Made by a program: the position numbers and the translations under genes. A stretch of DNA of 59,196 nt from Chitinophagales bacterium (GTDB taxonomy: Bacteria > Bacteroidota > Bacteroidia > Chitinophagales > LD1): positions 1 to 59,196 of the forward strand of contig JANWXI010000004.1 of assembly GCA_025057415.1 (NCBI GenBank), given 5' to 3'. Below, in pieces: positions 59,074-59,196 of this stretch; position 1 is the first letter of the stretch, and each line of letters opens with the position of its first letter. Under the pieces are notes generated by a model. It did no database searches, was not told the DNA's origin, and saw only the letters and a list, made by a program, of their open reading frames with translations.

Positions 59074-59196
59074 GGGGGTGCCCCCGGTGCGCCCCCCGCG
59101 TAACAAACCGGGCGCACAGGGGGCGGGCGGGCGAAGGGGTAACCAGTCGCTACCCCCCCCCCCCGGAGATTTTTTTTTTTATAAAAGGTACGGGCG
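59074..59196 (-). repeat. Structured dispersed repeat, copy 8 (divergent, truncated by window end)
   Basis: GGGGGTGCCCCC start, hairpin GTGCGCCC/GGGCGCAC, GGGGGCGGGC, and ends in AAAGGTACGGGCG as in copy 4. Homopolymer runs suggest low-quality end sequence. Confidence 0.75.

Noticed and set aside
59150-59182. C12 and T11 homopolymers as phase-variation tracts
   Set aside because: They lie in the last 50 bp inside a divergent repeat copy at the sequence end, and are more likely low-quality or collapsed assembly.
11-59196. Repeat as CRISPR array, tRNA or classical IS/MITE
   Set aside because: Copies are dispersed, not tandem with spacers. There is no cloverleaf or T-loop/CCA, only a 5-bp terminal inverted repeat, no consistent target duplication and no transposase seen.

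Overview
Housekeeping-rich chromosomal segment of a Bacteroidota bacterium, probably Chitinophagales/Saprospiria-like. This assignment is inferred from T9SS C-terminal domains, TTTG-N18/19-TAnnTTTG promoters and the rpsL-rpsG-fusA-rpsJ gene order. About 50 CDSs cover translation, shikimate, folate and purine metabolism, dnaB, ftsK/lolA, gltX, lipid metabolism and T9SS cargo. There is one cobalamin riboswitch. I recognised no tRNA, rRNA, CRISPR array or transposase. The most striking unexplained feature is a ~160-bp GC-rich non-coding element (GGGTGAGGGATGC...GGGGCACCCC) present 8 times, with a copy at each end of the window. Its copies (i) strictly alternate in orientation (+ - + - + - + -), (ii) keep their hairpins through compensatory changes, (iii) carry GC-GNA-GC DNA mini-hairpin motifs on one strand, and (iv) sit inside halos of local G/C strand skew whose sign follows the element's orientation. 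Together these suggest a structured single-stranded-DNA element with no cognate enzyme in the window. The S10/spc ribosomal cluster is also broken into separately promoted and terminated fragments, with a small secreted Cys-containing protein inserted between rpsJ and rplC. A B12-riboswitch operon carries a cysteine-less LOV-like protein. All base counts quoted are approximate hand counts, and no database searches were run.
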